Assembly (NCBI GenBank): GCA_003971905.1
Contig: RSEE01000002.1
Span: forward strand, 558,001-622,000
Direction of reading: 5' to 3'
Source of the DNA: Moniliella sp. 'wahieum'
Lineage: Eukaryota
Length of the DNA: 64,000 bases
A program made the position numbers and the translations under genes. The notes under the pieces are model-generated. The model was not told the DNA's origin, did not search any database, and saw only the letters and a program-made list of their open reading frames with translations. This document shows positions 51,250 through 64,000 of the stretch, one piece after another (the first letter of the stretch is position 1; each line of letters starts with the position of its first letter).

Positions 51250-54200
51250 CCTAGTGGCTCGTCACGCGTTAGTAACTCGATAATCGATCATTGATAATCG
51301 ATAACGGCGGTGGCGTGGAGGATAATCGAGAGATACTCAGTACTCAGTGCCAGACAGGCCCCATCCCTCGGGCCCAGCACGCACTGCGCCACTGTGTGTG
51401 CATCCAGCGTACGATGGCGGGGGCGTCACACGTCACATGTCACACCAGGAACAACACCAGGGTGGGGTGCCCGGGTGCCCGAGTGGCTGCTTGATGCATG
51501 ATTGTCGAGTACTTCGAGGAGCTCAAGTGACTCCATACCGGTGCTGCCGAGCCGCCGCCTGCCGCCGAGCCGCCGAACCGAGCACACTCAGATTCACGTC
51601 GAACGTACTTGATTGAGGCGTTGAAGGATCATCGGTCAGCGCTCAGCTCTCCGTTTCTCTCGGCTCGGCAAACCCCAGGCGGATCTGCCGGTGCTTCTCA
51701 AGCAGTGCTGCCACTAACGCGCTAACATGTAACACAAGAGGACGGCCAGATGATAGTTGGACCCTGCCAATGTGAAGACCACGTGGATTTGTACTTGGGG
51801 CCATCTCTCCTGGTCTTTGTCCCTCGACGGGCCTGGACCTGATCGAGCTTGAAGCTTGAAGCTTGATCGATGATCTCCCCAGCAGCCACTGGCCCTGCCT
51901 TTTGGCCTGTTTGGTCCGCTCCAAACTTCAAAAGCTCCAGCTTCACATGTTGCACCACGGGCCTTCCCCAGTGTTGAGTGAATTGAGTGTACTATCTTGT
52001 ACCTCCTTCCACAAACGTACTGAGTATTATCGGTATTCAACGTACTCAACGTTCAACACACCACATTAAGTACGTTCGGTACGTTGAACGTTGAACGTAC
52101 TTGTCAGCCGGTGTACCTGGATATCGCTAGCTCCTGGCTTGTGTGTCGATACGTTACGCGTATTAGCCAGCCATTCTTATCGACAAGTGATATTCCGATT
52201 ACCGATTATCTCGGTTTGATAGGAAAGAAAGAAAACGTTTAGACAAAAAGTACGTATACGCGACAATGGCGGCTGGCGCTATGCGAAGAGATGCGCTGAC
52301 TGATGCCAAGAACCATCACATGCATCACCATCAATTCGAACAGCTTTCGAAGTGCTATGGGTCAATGACCACGCATCATGCATCATGCATCATGCATCAT
52401 GGGGCTTTTCCCAGGCTTCCCCACAGGCTCCCCCACAGATATTGACACGAGCATCCCGGGCACCCCATAGTATCCAGAACAAAAAAGGAAGAAAATGGGT
52501 ATGCTATGTGCCGATACCCCGAGAACCGTTTTTTTGCCGTGGGGTAGTTCGATGGCATACGTCCTCACATGCCTCACAGTCATGAAGCTGTGCGGTATAA
52601 TTGAACAGGGAGAAGTCACCCAGCCTTAGGCCTTAGGCCTTACTGCTTGCATCTTAGAGCAGTGACTAGTGACTGGTGATGCATGATGGTTAGACGCTAG
52701 ACCTTCGACCTTAGGCCTTAGGGCCTTAGGCCTTAATGAAGCTTGAAGCTTGAAGCTTGAAGCTTGAAGCGCTTGAAGCTTGAAGAGAGCACGCACAGCA
52801 GCATAATCATTAATCACCAATCATTGATCATGATGCATGATGAATGAACGCGTGAACCGGCCCGAGGCTGAGCTCCTGAGGGCCTGAGGGCCTGAGCCCT
52901 GAGCCCTGAGCGCCTGAGCCCTCGCCGTTCCCGCACACCGTCAGGCCTCCAGCCCCTCACCCTCACCCGACCGCTGACCCACTGAGCTTATCGCTTATCT
53001 GCCGCATGCCAAGAGCTCAAGAACGTGCTCGCACTCTCAGTCTTTCAGACCTCAGCACTGGCACACTGACGACGCGCGCGCGGAGAGCCTCTAGAGGCTC
53101 AGGCTGAGCAGTACGACTAGTAGGACTAGTAGTAGGTCGATCGCAGGGTTATTCGGTTCTATCAACGCGCGCTCAGCCACTCCGCGCTGTTTGTCGCGCT
53201 CATGGAAATCGTTCAATTTGCAGCGCAAATATAGACAGAGATATAGACAGAGATAGCATCGATTACTTTCGTTACTCCAAGAGACTCCGACATCCTCGCT
53301 GCTACTCCCTACTGCTCGCTGCTACCACTCTGACTGACGGCAAGGATGCATGATGTGTGATGAGCATGTGAGACGAAGTCATCGATGCCTTTTCCCGTTC
53401 CCCGCTCTGTCATGCACATGCATGTCACATGTCACATGGCTGTAGGTGGCAGTCATCGAAGTCACTAGTCATCGATCACCACGTCGTAACAGGATCATCG
53501 ATCAGGCCTCTGAAGCTTGAAGCTTGAAGCTTGAAGCTCGATCTGAAGGGCCTACGCGCTTACGCGCCTACGGTCGATCTGTGGCAATGACAACATGTGA
53601 CCATGTGGCCCCTGAAACCCTGTCTCAGACCCTGAGGCGACACTATGCGGGGGAGACGAGGGACAGGCATATTGCACCCAGCCGAAAGAGCAGCAGCTTT
53701 TGTCCAAGTGTTGGGGCACCGTTGGGACCTGTTTATGGTTTTGCCCGACGGACTCGCATGCCAACTAACGCGGCCTCAGGCCTCAGGCCTGATTATTTCC
53801 CTGGGTTCCCCTAAGGCCTAAGGCCCAAGTGCCGGAGCCTCAAGCCTAAAAGAGGTCCTGAGGAATCATCGAATCACTAATATACTCGCAAGCCTCGTCA
53901 CGCGTCAGGGCAGCCTAATTACTCTATGGCTTTTTCCTGATTCCACACGTCCTCGCGTTCTCCCCATCACCTTATCGAGCGCTTGAAAAGCTCTTGAAGC
54001 TTAGCTTGAAGCTTGAGCTTGAGGAGATTGAAGCTTCAAGCTTCAAGCACACCCCTGAGCCTGAGGCCTGACGAAGGCGTAGGCACCGTGACGCGTGATG
54101 CGAGCATTATGGTGCATGAGATCGTGAGAGAGAAAACCAAATTAATCTCTCCTCCCCCTCTCTCTCTTTCCTCCGAAGACCGGTTCCATCCGTCATTTTA

Positions 54201-54380
54201 CCAAATCTCTGTCGAGACTGAGGACTGAGTTCATCAGTGTTCGGTACTGAGGGGCGCGAGGCTCAGCTCAGGCCTGAGGTACCGAACGGTCCTGAAGCAC
54301 CGGGACATCAGGATTCAATTGAATATTCATGTGAGCCGCTGAGGAAGGACAGTTGCATGATGCATTATGACGCGTGATGC
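51250..54380. repeat. Dense cluster of 7-bp-period palindromic micro-arrays (A-NNNN-T + 1 nt)
   Basis: (AAGCTTG)4 at 52739-52765, (ATGCATC)3 at 52378-52397, AGGCCT-T/C arrays at ~52628, ~52713 and ~53772, AACGTT-G at ~52080, ACATGT-C at ~53420, and mixed ACTAGT-C-ATCGAT at 53464-53476. Confidence 0.85.
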
Positions 54381-57300
54381 GGAACCATATGCACAGATGA
54401 CCTGGGCGCGCGTTACACGCTTGGCAGGCACGCTGTTGAGAATTGATATGTATAGTCTTCCCCCAATCAGCCTGTTTACGTGTTACAAGAAAGCGTGGTA
54501 GCTCCAAACTTTTCCATCCGTTCTTAAAGAGAGAAAGTTTGGACTACGAGAGGCAAACACGCGTGGTGCAACTTTTTTGCGAACGAATACCCCACAATAT
54601 GCCTCCTTTTTGTAAAAAAGAGAAACAAGGCCTACAGAGAGAGAGAGAGAGAGAGGAGGAGGGGGTGATGGATCTAGATTGATCTATTCACAGAGAGGAG
54701 CCCGTTAGGGACAGAACATAGAGGAGAGTCGGATACATAGAGAACAGTGCCATGTGTGATGTGTGATCGGCTGCGTGTTGCATGCCTTCGTTCCCGAGTC
54801 GCTACTGGAGTGTATGGTCCCCCTCCACTCCGCCGCTACAGGAGTAATAGCCCCTCCCTCGCACATTTGCACCCTGCCCGCCGTGTGCTCCATTACATAT
54901 TCCCCCGTGGTACTCTTGATTAATGATTCGTACGCATCCGATGTTCACGTTCATGGCTGTGTTCACGGACTGTAAGAGAGGACTGGGGTGGGAGACGACA
55001 CGACCACGCCTTTTCTCGTTCTGTGACGGGAGTTGTGATATTTAGTCTGACCTTGGCGCCTTCGTCTATACTGTACCTTTTTGGCTTCCACTAATATTTG
55101 GCCGCTTCCGAGGCGGAGAAGTGACTGTCGTTAGGGAGAAGGTGCCTGATTCGCCTACTTCTTGTTGGTTGAGCTGTGTGGGTGCCATCTTGTCGTTACT
55201 CCCCCGAAACACCCTTGATTTCTGTACGACTCGGCTGTGTGACCTTATATCTCTACTCGCATTCTCGTACTATTCTTCAAGTCAAGCTATATTGGCCGTC
55301 ACCGTCATATGAACAACCTCATATCGCATCGCGAGAGGTCCAAGGCCTTGGGATTGAGAAGCCGACTTTGGTGCACACCATCACTACTAAAGTATCGATT
55401 ATCGGCTATCGGAATGTGCCTCGTGGAGTGTCCTGAGAAGGCTGGACTTTGATTGGACACTTTTAGGGGAGAGGCTAGTACGTGGCCCACAACGGTGGTA
55501 TTTGTCCCTCGCCAAACAGTTGCACTGGTAACGCGGTAACGAGAGAGGAGGGAACTGCTCGCGGAGTTGCAGAGTTCAATCTGAATTTACCTTTGTAAGT
55601 ATATATGTCAGTGAGCTCAAAGTTAGCGATAGAGATGGCAGATAATCACGATAAGCATATGTACCTCACTGAACGCAGCCGTGCTCAAAGTGTTTTTGTG
55701 TTCGTTGCACTTCTTGACTTGAGTTCAAGTTTTGGAGGATAGTTCAAAGTTCGTACCAGCACTCTCTCCATGTTCATTTACCTCTTCAACGTACTGGTTT
55801 ACACTTCCAACCTCACAAGCGCTGTGGATAGGGACCCTGGGGATCCACACGAAAGTGGGTAGGATGATATATACCCCTTATTCGTTTCAACATAGGAGAG
55901 GCCGTGGAGGGAACTTGACGTGCCTTAGTACTTGTGGGAGTGTAAGTGGACAGTTACATCCTCCTAGGAGAAAGAGGGATTGATCAACAACGCTTGTTAA
56001 CCGAATCGCTCACTTTCCACGAGTCTCCGCTTCACGGCGCGGATTCAGTAGCAGAACCTCTCAAACAGAGAGGAAGGCGCACAGCATTTCCGATTACACC
56101 GTATATGTCTCCCCTTCAAACGGAATGGAACGTAGCAGAGGGGAGAGTATCTATGACGGTGCTGCACACAAAAGGAGATTCACACACCTCTTATTGTCTT
56201 ATCACAACTTTCCTGTTTATCGTCCAATTTCTGTTTATCGTCCAATTGCTATATTTGCTCGGCTTCAACTACTATGCGTTCATCGCACAATCTCTCTTCT
56301 CAGATCTCAACGTCCATCTCGCTTATCTTCCCCGACCTTATTTTCGCTCTATTCACTCTTTCGCCTCAGTCCTCCGGCTTCAAGCTTCATCTCTATACTG
56401 CATCCATATCATTGACAGAGCGTAAGGCTGCTGGGACAGGGAAACGCTACGCCTAAACCGAACCGTTCATCTTGCGTGAGTTATTTGGTAGCGCCACCAG
56501 TGTTAAGGAACCGGGGGATTACCAGGACATCAGGAACCCCTGGTGCTCGCTATTCGGTGCCGTACCCTATAGGTAGCGCGTGTGGACACGGATGAACGTG
56601 GTAGACATCTGAGCAAGGAACCATTTCCGTTGAGAGTCAGTAGAGCCGCATCTTGCCCGCTGTCTTGGTGCCGTAGTATTCTCGCGTAGTCAAACCAGGG
56701 GGGAAAACGGCTCTTGAGTGCGTCCCTGGTACTTGGCGTTCTTGTCGCATTCTGCTTGTTCCAGCAGCTGAAGGAGCTCCTTCTCCCGGCGTTCCAGGGG
56801 GTCGCGGTGCTCTCATGCACCACCCTCCGGTACGCACTCTGCATCTCCTGCGATCTCATGTCGCGCAACGCATGGTTCACCTCCATTCCTGATCCTCCGA
56901 TTGATCCAGGCTCCATCGCGTGGTAGTTAGTACGCATTGCCTTCCTCCCGCACCTCATCCCATCATCGTTCTCCACAGTGAGCTCGTTGTGGATGTGTGT
57001 GTCGGGATTGACCGCACGAGCAGGAGAATGGGCTCCCGTACTGCCTCATTCTATGCACCAAACTTGGACTGGGTGCAGGTGCAGGCCATGATGCACTTAA
57101 GCGAGGGCATGACGCCACACTTGCACATACTGTGCACATGGCGCAGCACAGCGTGCGGAGTTGGAGACCAATCTGAACCCGCATGTCAGAGAGTCGGAGG
57201 CACGGGCGGATGGAATGGAGGAGAGCCACAATTGTGGCTCAGCGAGTTGCTACGCTCGACCACACGTTGCGACTATCGGCATCGTCAGGCTTCTGAAGCA

Positions 57301-58715
57301 GTTCTTGTCGGCTCTTCTCCCACATCTTCCTATACTCTGAATAACAGTGCCTGTTTGTCGATCTCGAATATGTTGCCCGCAAGACGCCAACCATTCCTAT
57401 TATACGACTCGCTCTCTGGAGCAGACCCTTAACCTGCCGATATATACTAGACTCTGATGCCACACACCCTTCCTATCGGGCGAACTATATACTTTCTCTC
57501 CGCAGCCTCCACTTATGTTCAATGACCTTTCTCCATCACTCTTTTTCCTCTTGGTCAATAGAGGGGTTACTCGTTACATATTTAGTAGCCATTTTGATAC
57601 GACGCCGTGACTTTATGGACAACTTTTGATGTTCGCCCCCCAAAGACACATCTCTCCTCGCCCACTCACAAAATCCGTGGCTTGACTTCAGGCACAACAA
57701 CTTCTTGGATCCAAAGTCTCTACTATGAGGCTTGGAGTTGCTCCTGCTGGTGGTGACCCATCCTGATTGTCAAAAAGGAGCACCAGGCGGAACTCCCAGA
57801 CACAGAGCAGTAGCCAAGAGACTGGGGCTTGCCATCCATCCTCAACCCAGGCCTCTCTCTGCATTGCCAAGCACGAAATGCGCTCTGAAGCTGTACAGCC
57901 CTTCAGCCACCTCATCCTCTGGGTGTGACATGTGACACACCAGCAATGATTTACTTTCCTGATACTGACTCCGCAACGGCGTAGGACGACACCACACTGA
58001 TTTTGAATATGAGGACGGAATATGTTGTATGCTAGGACTGTGGATAGTAGCGTGTGTGGACGAGGAACGGTAGACATGGAACGGTGGACGAGGGAGGAAA
58101 GATGGCTATCAGCGGGATGACAGGAAGTGGGACGACTCAAGCCCAAACAGATCGGATCATGACTGAGTGGTCTCCTCAGTCGTTATATACGAGGAAGTAG
58201 TGAGTAGTAGTGAGCAGTGGTCAGTGGAGCAAAGCGCGAGGGTGGTTAGCTGTGGTCGCGACACCGGAGGAAGAAAAGGACAAGGGGAGGCCGCGCGTGT
58301 GAGCAGGCTGCCCGCAGTACGCCTCAGCCGCTGTGCCGGTCCGAGCAATCTCGACTAGTACTGTCCCAGATCCGTGGACGGCGCGACGGCAACGGATCCT
58401 CGCGGGATATGCCGTGTTTTAAATTATAAAAAAATTCCTGCCGGCCCAGATCCTACACTCGCTCCTACGAGTTGCGGCAGCGGTGTTTCTCGGCCACAGC
58501 TGCCGGCGCCTCCGGGAGCACATCATGTCACACATACGAACTGCGCCAAAAGGATTGCGCCTGACATGTGACAAGCTATCGGGGTCCGCTATACGTTTCC
58601 CCGCATACTAAACGAATTGGTTGGACCAATCATAGTCTCATTATTTGATGTTGGGTGGGGCGAAGAAGCACAGTCGTGAGGCAGATAATACGAATAAGAA
58701 CGCATTACAGCACAC

Positions 58716-59094
58716 TTAGTTGTAGCCGTACTGGTTGAAAGCCTCCTGCTCGGCGTGGCGCTTGGCGCGCTCACGGTCAATGAAGTCAAGACCCTTGGTC
58801 TCCACCAGACGGTCCACTCCGGCGCCGATAAAGCCAGCGAGGATCTCCTTTGCCTTGGCGTGGTCGTCGGGCTCGCCGTTGCGAGCCTTGTGCTCCTCGT
58901 AGGCTGTGCGTGTCACTGTTAGGTTTTCCATGGGATGTAATGAAAAAAATGAAAGAGAATGACTGAGGCGTACCCTTAGTAGCCTCGTAGGCCACACCGC
59001 CGCCGAGCAGCTCGTGGGAAAGCTTGGCCCTGTGCTCGTCCGAGCCGTCGTAGGCGTTGATCTGGTTGTAGCTGTCCTCGCCGAAGAAGCCCAT
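58716..59094 (-). CDS. cipC: CipC-like small protein (DUF3759); intron 58904-58973
   Basis: The spliced product is MGFFGEDSYNQ..EHRAKLSHELLGGGVAYEATK|AYEEHKARNGEPDDHAKAKEILAGFIGAGVDRLVETKGLDFIDRERAKRHA. The GTACGC..CTAAC..CAG intron restores the frame. Confidence 0.92.
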
Positions 59095-60687
59095 TGTTGT
59101 GAAGAGTTGGTGGAGAGGTGAAGGGAAAGGGAGGACCGGTGGGTGGAGTGTAGGTGGGACGGAAAATAGGATGCGAGGTACAACAGAGCCCTTTTGTACC
59201 TCTGGCCATCCACGGGAAACAAGCCGGTGGGGGAGGGACGGGCGAGGGGGGCGCAATGGGACGCGCACGGACCCTCCACGGATCCAGCATATTGCCTGTG
59301 GGGAGGGTGGTCGACATGCCAGGTTCCAGCCCTATCGACTGTCTGCCCATCTGGGTGGAGCAAGGCACCAGTGAGACCCACAATCCCTGTGCATAGGTGT
59401 TGCAGGACTGTACACATGTAGGGTCGTGTATTAGTTGCCTGCGGTTTCCTGCGGCTGTGATCCGCAGCGACCACACCCGGCACGCCGCGCAGCAACGTGG
59501 CACGTGTCACAGAAGGCTCTGCCTTAATTTTCCTCTCGCAGGCGCCACCGCAAAGGCCTTCCATGGCGTTCGTTCCTTAATTCTTCCGGTGTCCAGCGCC
59601 TCCCAACACCCATCCATCGATCACGCGCAGGGGGGTGTCGCGCTTCAAGCTTCAGGCACATATGCAATCGTCATTAACATTGGTTCCATACGTTTCAGGC
59701 TCTCACCAAGCGTGCCTTCTCCGCTCTCACACGCGCACATCAGCCCACACACACCCGCGCAACAACCAACACATCAGTGCATCAGAAGGGTATGATCCCT
59801 GTTTCATGAAGCTTGTAAAACCCTCTGCCCAGTCCACCGTTTTCCACTTTGGTTCACCACCCCTTTGAGACGCAACCGTGTGTGGCACAATGCACGTGGC
59901 TTACACTGGCCGACGGAAAGGGGCATCCTATACCCGTTACAACCCACAGCGCACTGGGACTGTATCGAGTCTCCGCGCATTTTAATATGCACGAAGAGAG
60001 ACGTGTGGGAGCGCGCCCCCCACCGTGTTACTGAGTGTTACTCTAGTTACCTAGTTACCGGTTACCATTGACTAGTGACTATTGGCTTGAATTATAAGGT
60101 GTAACCGGTGGCTGGTGGCCGGTGGCCACAGAGGGAGATGCCGGGGACGCTGGTGGCGGCCACCACTTTCCATCCCGAACCCACCCTGAGATGCCTCTCC
60201 GGATGTGGCTCCGTGGGGAAAAGGCGCGGAGTGTGGCGCCGAAGCTTCCAGTGGGGAGTTTGGAGTGTTGGACGCGTTGCTCTACAATCTTTCAATTTGT
60301 GTATTGCACCGGTCAAGGCTCAGGGTGTTGAAGCCGACCGACGTTGCAGAAGACACAGCTGGTCACCACAGAGATCTTGCTATAATAATGGCTAGTTGAT
60401 TGAGCCACCGGCTGGCTCGTGCTTTGGCCAACGTCCCTCCAGTTCCTCCTCAGGCCTAGGAGCTCCGTTGTTTTCTCTCTGCTCCTCTTTTCCTTGTTCC
60501 ACAATTTAGCCCCTGGTGACGATTCGCTGCTTGATGTTCCACTGTAGGCGATTGCTGTTTGGCTTGGAGACTACCACGAACCACCGGTGCGATTGCATCA
60601 CCCTCAAGGGCCATCAGGCCTCAGGCCTCAGGACTTCAGGTCTCATCATCGTTCTACTGAGGATACACTGTGGTACCGACGAACAAT

Positions 60688-60741
60688 TCTTTCCGGTGGG
60701 CAAAATGCTTTCCGGTGGGCAATGCTTTCCGGTGGGGGCAA
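60688..60741 (+). repeat. Three tandem copies of ~18-bp (ATG)CTTTCCGGTGGG(G)CAA
   Basis: ctttccggtgggcaaaatgctttccggtgggcaatgctttccggtggggcaa. Confidence 0.85.
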
Positions 60742-63700
60742 TGAAGTGTAGCGCGGGCGGGTTGGGTGGATGCTCGCAACAAGAATACAATTCTAAGGGG
60801 GTCCCCTGCAAATTGAAGGGGCGTCAATGAGAAGTTGTAATACTGTGCTTGCGACGTGTGAGATGCATTGTTTTGTTGGTTGCATCATGATGTGCATCAT
60901 CGACATCATCTACACCATGCATCTCATCGGCAGATGATATCATCTTCATGTATCAACCGGCGGATGGACTGGACAATTAAAAGGGGTATCGATAGCACGA
61001 ACTATCATGTACCACTCACACCTTAAGATGCGTGTCGTAAGGCGAGAGCCAACAGAGGATATTGATGTCTGCGACCCTGGGATAGTCGATATTTTAGAGG
61101 CGCTTTCCCAAGGAGGAGAGGACGGACCACACTCTCACGGCTGATCGATCCTATTGAGACTTTTATCGGGGGGGGGTACGACGACGTGGCAAGGTGTAGT
61201 GTGAATTCACCGAGACTAAGGCAAAAGACAAAAGCGTGTCCGGAGTCCGTCCTGGAGAATTGCCTGGGAAGGCCGCGGTGCAGGTCTCGGTATGTAGGTT
61301 TGAGCAAGCCCGCGGCCATTGGACCAACTCAATCATTGTAAGATCGCAACCTGATCCATACACGGTGGTGAGAAGCATATGGAGAGACGCATATATACTT
61401 TTCGCGCTGGACTACGGCGGCAACGGCTGTGATCGAGAGGAAACTGGACATGAACGGTAATATATGTATATAGGAGGGTCCGCAGGGAGGGCAAGCGAGC
61501 TGATCGGAACCGTGTTTCTTCTAGACTGATGGAGTTTGCCTAGAAGAAAGATGAAGGGGAAAGAGAGATGACACGGAGTCAGAAAGGTGGGCGGCTTCAA
61601 TGGGCCATCACAATTATATCTAAGAACAGCAAGTTTTATATAGAAGAGAAAGGGAACAAAGGGAAGGCCCACAGGTCTACCACAAAAAGGGGAAACGAGT
61701 CAAAGGGAAAACGTGAGGACCAAGCGCGAGAGGCACGAGGTGAGAGACGAGGCGAGAGAGCGAATCAACCTTGTGTAGTGTTTTGTATTTTAGACGAGTA
61801 TGAGCGGAGAAGAGACGATTTGTTATGAGTTTGTAGATGGGTCGAGAATCCGAGTCTCACGAGAGCGAAAGACACAGAAACCTTGAGTGGCAATAGGGAG
61901 AGAAGCCGAGAAGCGAGCGCGACGATGAGGAAGTGGAGGTAGCGCGATTTAATCGTCGCCCCGTGGTAGTATGGATACCCGCCGTCGAGAGAAATCGATT
62001 AGAATACCGAAAGTGATGGTCACTGTAAGTTCGACTGGGATACTATATGGTAGTGTTGAGAGCTGTGTTATGGGGAGAGGGACGTACTGGCACATCCGAA
62101 CGGAGCTAGAGACGCGGTGGGGGGCCTCCCAATCTTGAGATGTCGGATCGCATGGCAATGTTGTGTGTGTGCCGGAATGGGCAGGATAGTAGCACGCCTA
62201 TCGTGGTCCGTGGTCCTGAAGGGTTGTGGCCTGACGGTTGACGCAGGCAAAGGTAGGGTAGGACAGGTCCTATCACACTAATACAACCCGTCTCTTGTAG
62301 AATCACCGCAGGATCCGGACAGAGGGAACTAAAAGGAAGGTGGATATCGACGGCACGTGATGCCCGCGGTCGAAGGGATACTGGAAGACCGAGATGTGGG
62401 GTCACTGGAAGCAGGTCCGTAGGACTGCTGTGGTGAACTAGGAGGAAGGCAGGAGTTGCCTGCAGTGGTGGGTCAAGTATGGAATTGCAAAGGATGACAG
62501 GTATTACATATGATGAAGGATGAAAGGAAGAGACAAAATGTAGACGAGGAAGAAGACGAAATGACCCGTTAGAGAGAAAAAACATGGATCAAAGGTCATA
62601 TATCCGACGTACCGGCAGGTTCTATAAGGAATAGACAACACAACGAAGAAAGTGGAAAGGAATGGAGATCAGTGGGCCTCAGAAAGGCAGTAAGGAAAAC
62701 GTCCCCACTCAGCCAGAAACGGGAACACAGCCAAAACCAGAAAGTCCCAAAGTATATATGTAAAGGCCAGGTTCTCCACCCTCAGCGTGCCTCAGCCAGA
62801 AACGGAAAAGGTAGCGGGAGAGGGGGAAAATCTCACATCTCATAACGAGAACGAGGCGCACACAGATCAGGAAACTGATGTCCAGATCCTGAGGCTCAAC
62901 TTGGAGCTCACTTGCGTCCAAGACCAACGACCAAATAATGATTGATGTATTAGGGTGAAGTCACAGGGGGATTCAGAAGCTCACGCACGGACCACCTCAG
63001 CCGCAACAAAAAATGACTTGCCGCTGGATCCTAGTATAGTAGTTCATAAATCGATGGGAACATGCTCCGTTTGGACACAACAAGGAGCACACGGGTTGCT
63101 CAAGGTTCAGGCAAGCCAACCTAGCCTTGACGTAGGCCTAACCTAGGCAAGGGAGACAGGGGGAGAGGATTGGCTCGGCTGGGCCCGGCCACCCCGCCGT
63201 CGCCCGTAAGAGGAACCACAGCCTCGGGAGAGGGTTATACTGTCGATAAAGTCTTTTTCCCAAACGCCATCCGAGTCTCAAAACCCACATCTCTCGTCCA
63301 TTACTTACATCCGGTGCACTCATCTATTGAACCCCAGATCTTCGTGGACTTCCGGTGCACTGGAAGGATGGTTTGGGCCCTCCTGTCGACGGGTGTGTGG
63401 AGGTCGTCGGTGACATGTGACATGTTGGCGGACTACCAACAAAACAGGTATCCGCAAAAGTCCCCATATCATCCCAAGCTGTCTTGAACGTCCTGAGCGA
63501 ATTGAACGTTGAACGTAAGAGGCCCTGCAACTTTCATGGGGAGCGATGCGTAACTTGGTTGGCGTAATTGACACGCTGGATGGGGAGGGAAATGGAGGGG
63601 TGCAACCCAATCAACGTAATCAACACATTGAAGGAGGATCGGGGGGTGCTTTTCACACTGCCCGCTTCTTGTTGTCACGTATCACGTCACACGACACGCA

Positions 63701-64000
63701 TCATGCATCATGCATGTCATGCGTCACGGTGTTCTTTCAAATTTCAGTTGACTCTTCCCCCCGCTCTTTCCCCCTCTCTTCCCCTCTTTTTTCCTTCTTT
63801 CTTGCAGCGCATCTTGGAAACAGAAGCCCAGAAGCAACTGTCGGGGAATTGCAAGAACGAGACGATAGGGCCTGATCTGATGCCTGCATATAGGGAGCGG
63901 CCAACACATGAAGGCGAAGCAGCTGGCTCCAAAAGGCAATACAAATCGAGTTTGAAATTGAAAAGGGGGCGGCCCAATGCGCCAACGCGGGGAATTATAG

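Noticed and set aside
52739..52785. Heat-shock elements in (GAAGCTT)n
   Set aside because: The period is 7 rather than alternating 5-bp nGAAn units. It is better explained as one member of the wider palindrome-array family.
52620..54100. CRISPR array or cloning polylinker (many HindIII/StuI/ClaI/SpeI/NsiI sites)
   Set aside because: There are no 25-45-bp repeats with unique spacers and no cas genes. The sites are dispersed across the whole window in native, degenerate context, unlike vector sequence.

Overview
This is eukaryotic, GC-rich fungal DNA, most likely a basidiomycete. That call is an inference from the gene set and the few short GTACGT..CTRAC..YAG introns; the style resembles Ustilaginomycotina. 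About 14 protein genes are recognisable: an F-box protein, a 4-TM Ion_trans/voltage-sensor-like protein, a DH-domain RhoGEF, CPS1, IQGAP, carboxypeptidase Y, ERG8, two OPT transporters, EOS1, a type IIA topoisomerase, a Zn2Cys6 factor, SF3A2/PRP11 and CipC. Most longer genes, including essential ones, are broken by 1-bp indels, which points to assembly error, so many gene boundaries are approximate. Two observations stand out. (1) Intergenic DNA carries a 7-bp-period grammar: A-[4-bp palindrome]-T hexamers separated by one base, with different palindromes chained in the same phase, densest at 51.2-54.4 kb. (2) The Top2 has an Arg-rich N-terminus resembling a mitochondrial presequence and no C-terminal domain. 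Probable decayed retroelement fragments lie at about 25-28 kb and 56.5-57 kb.
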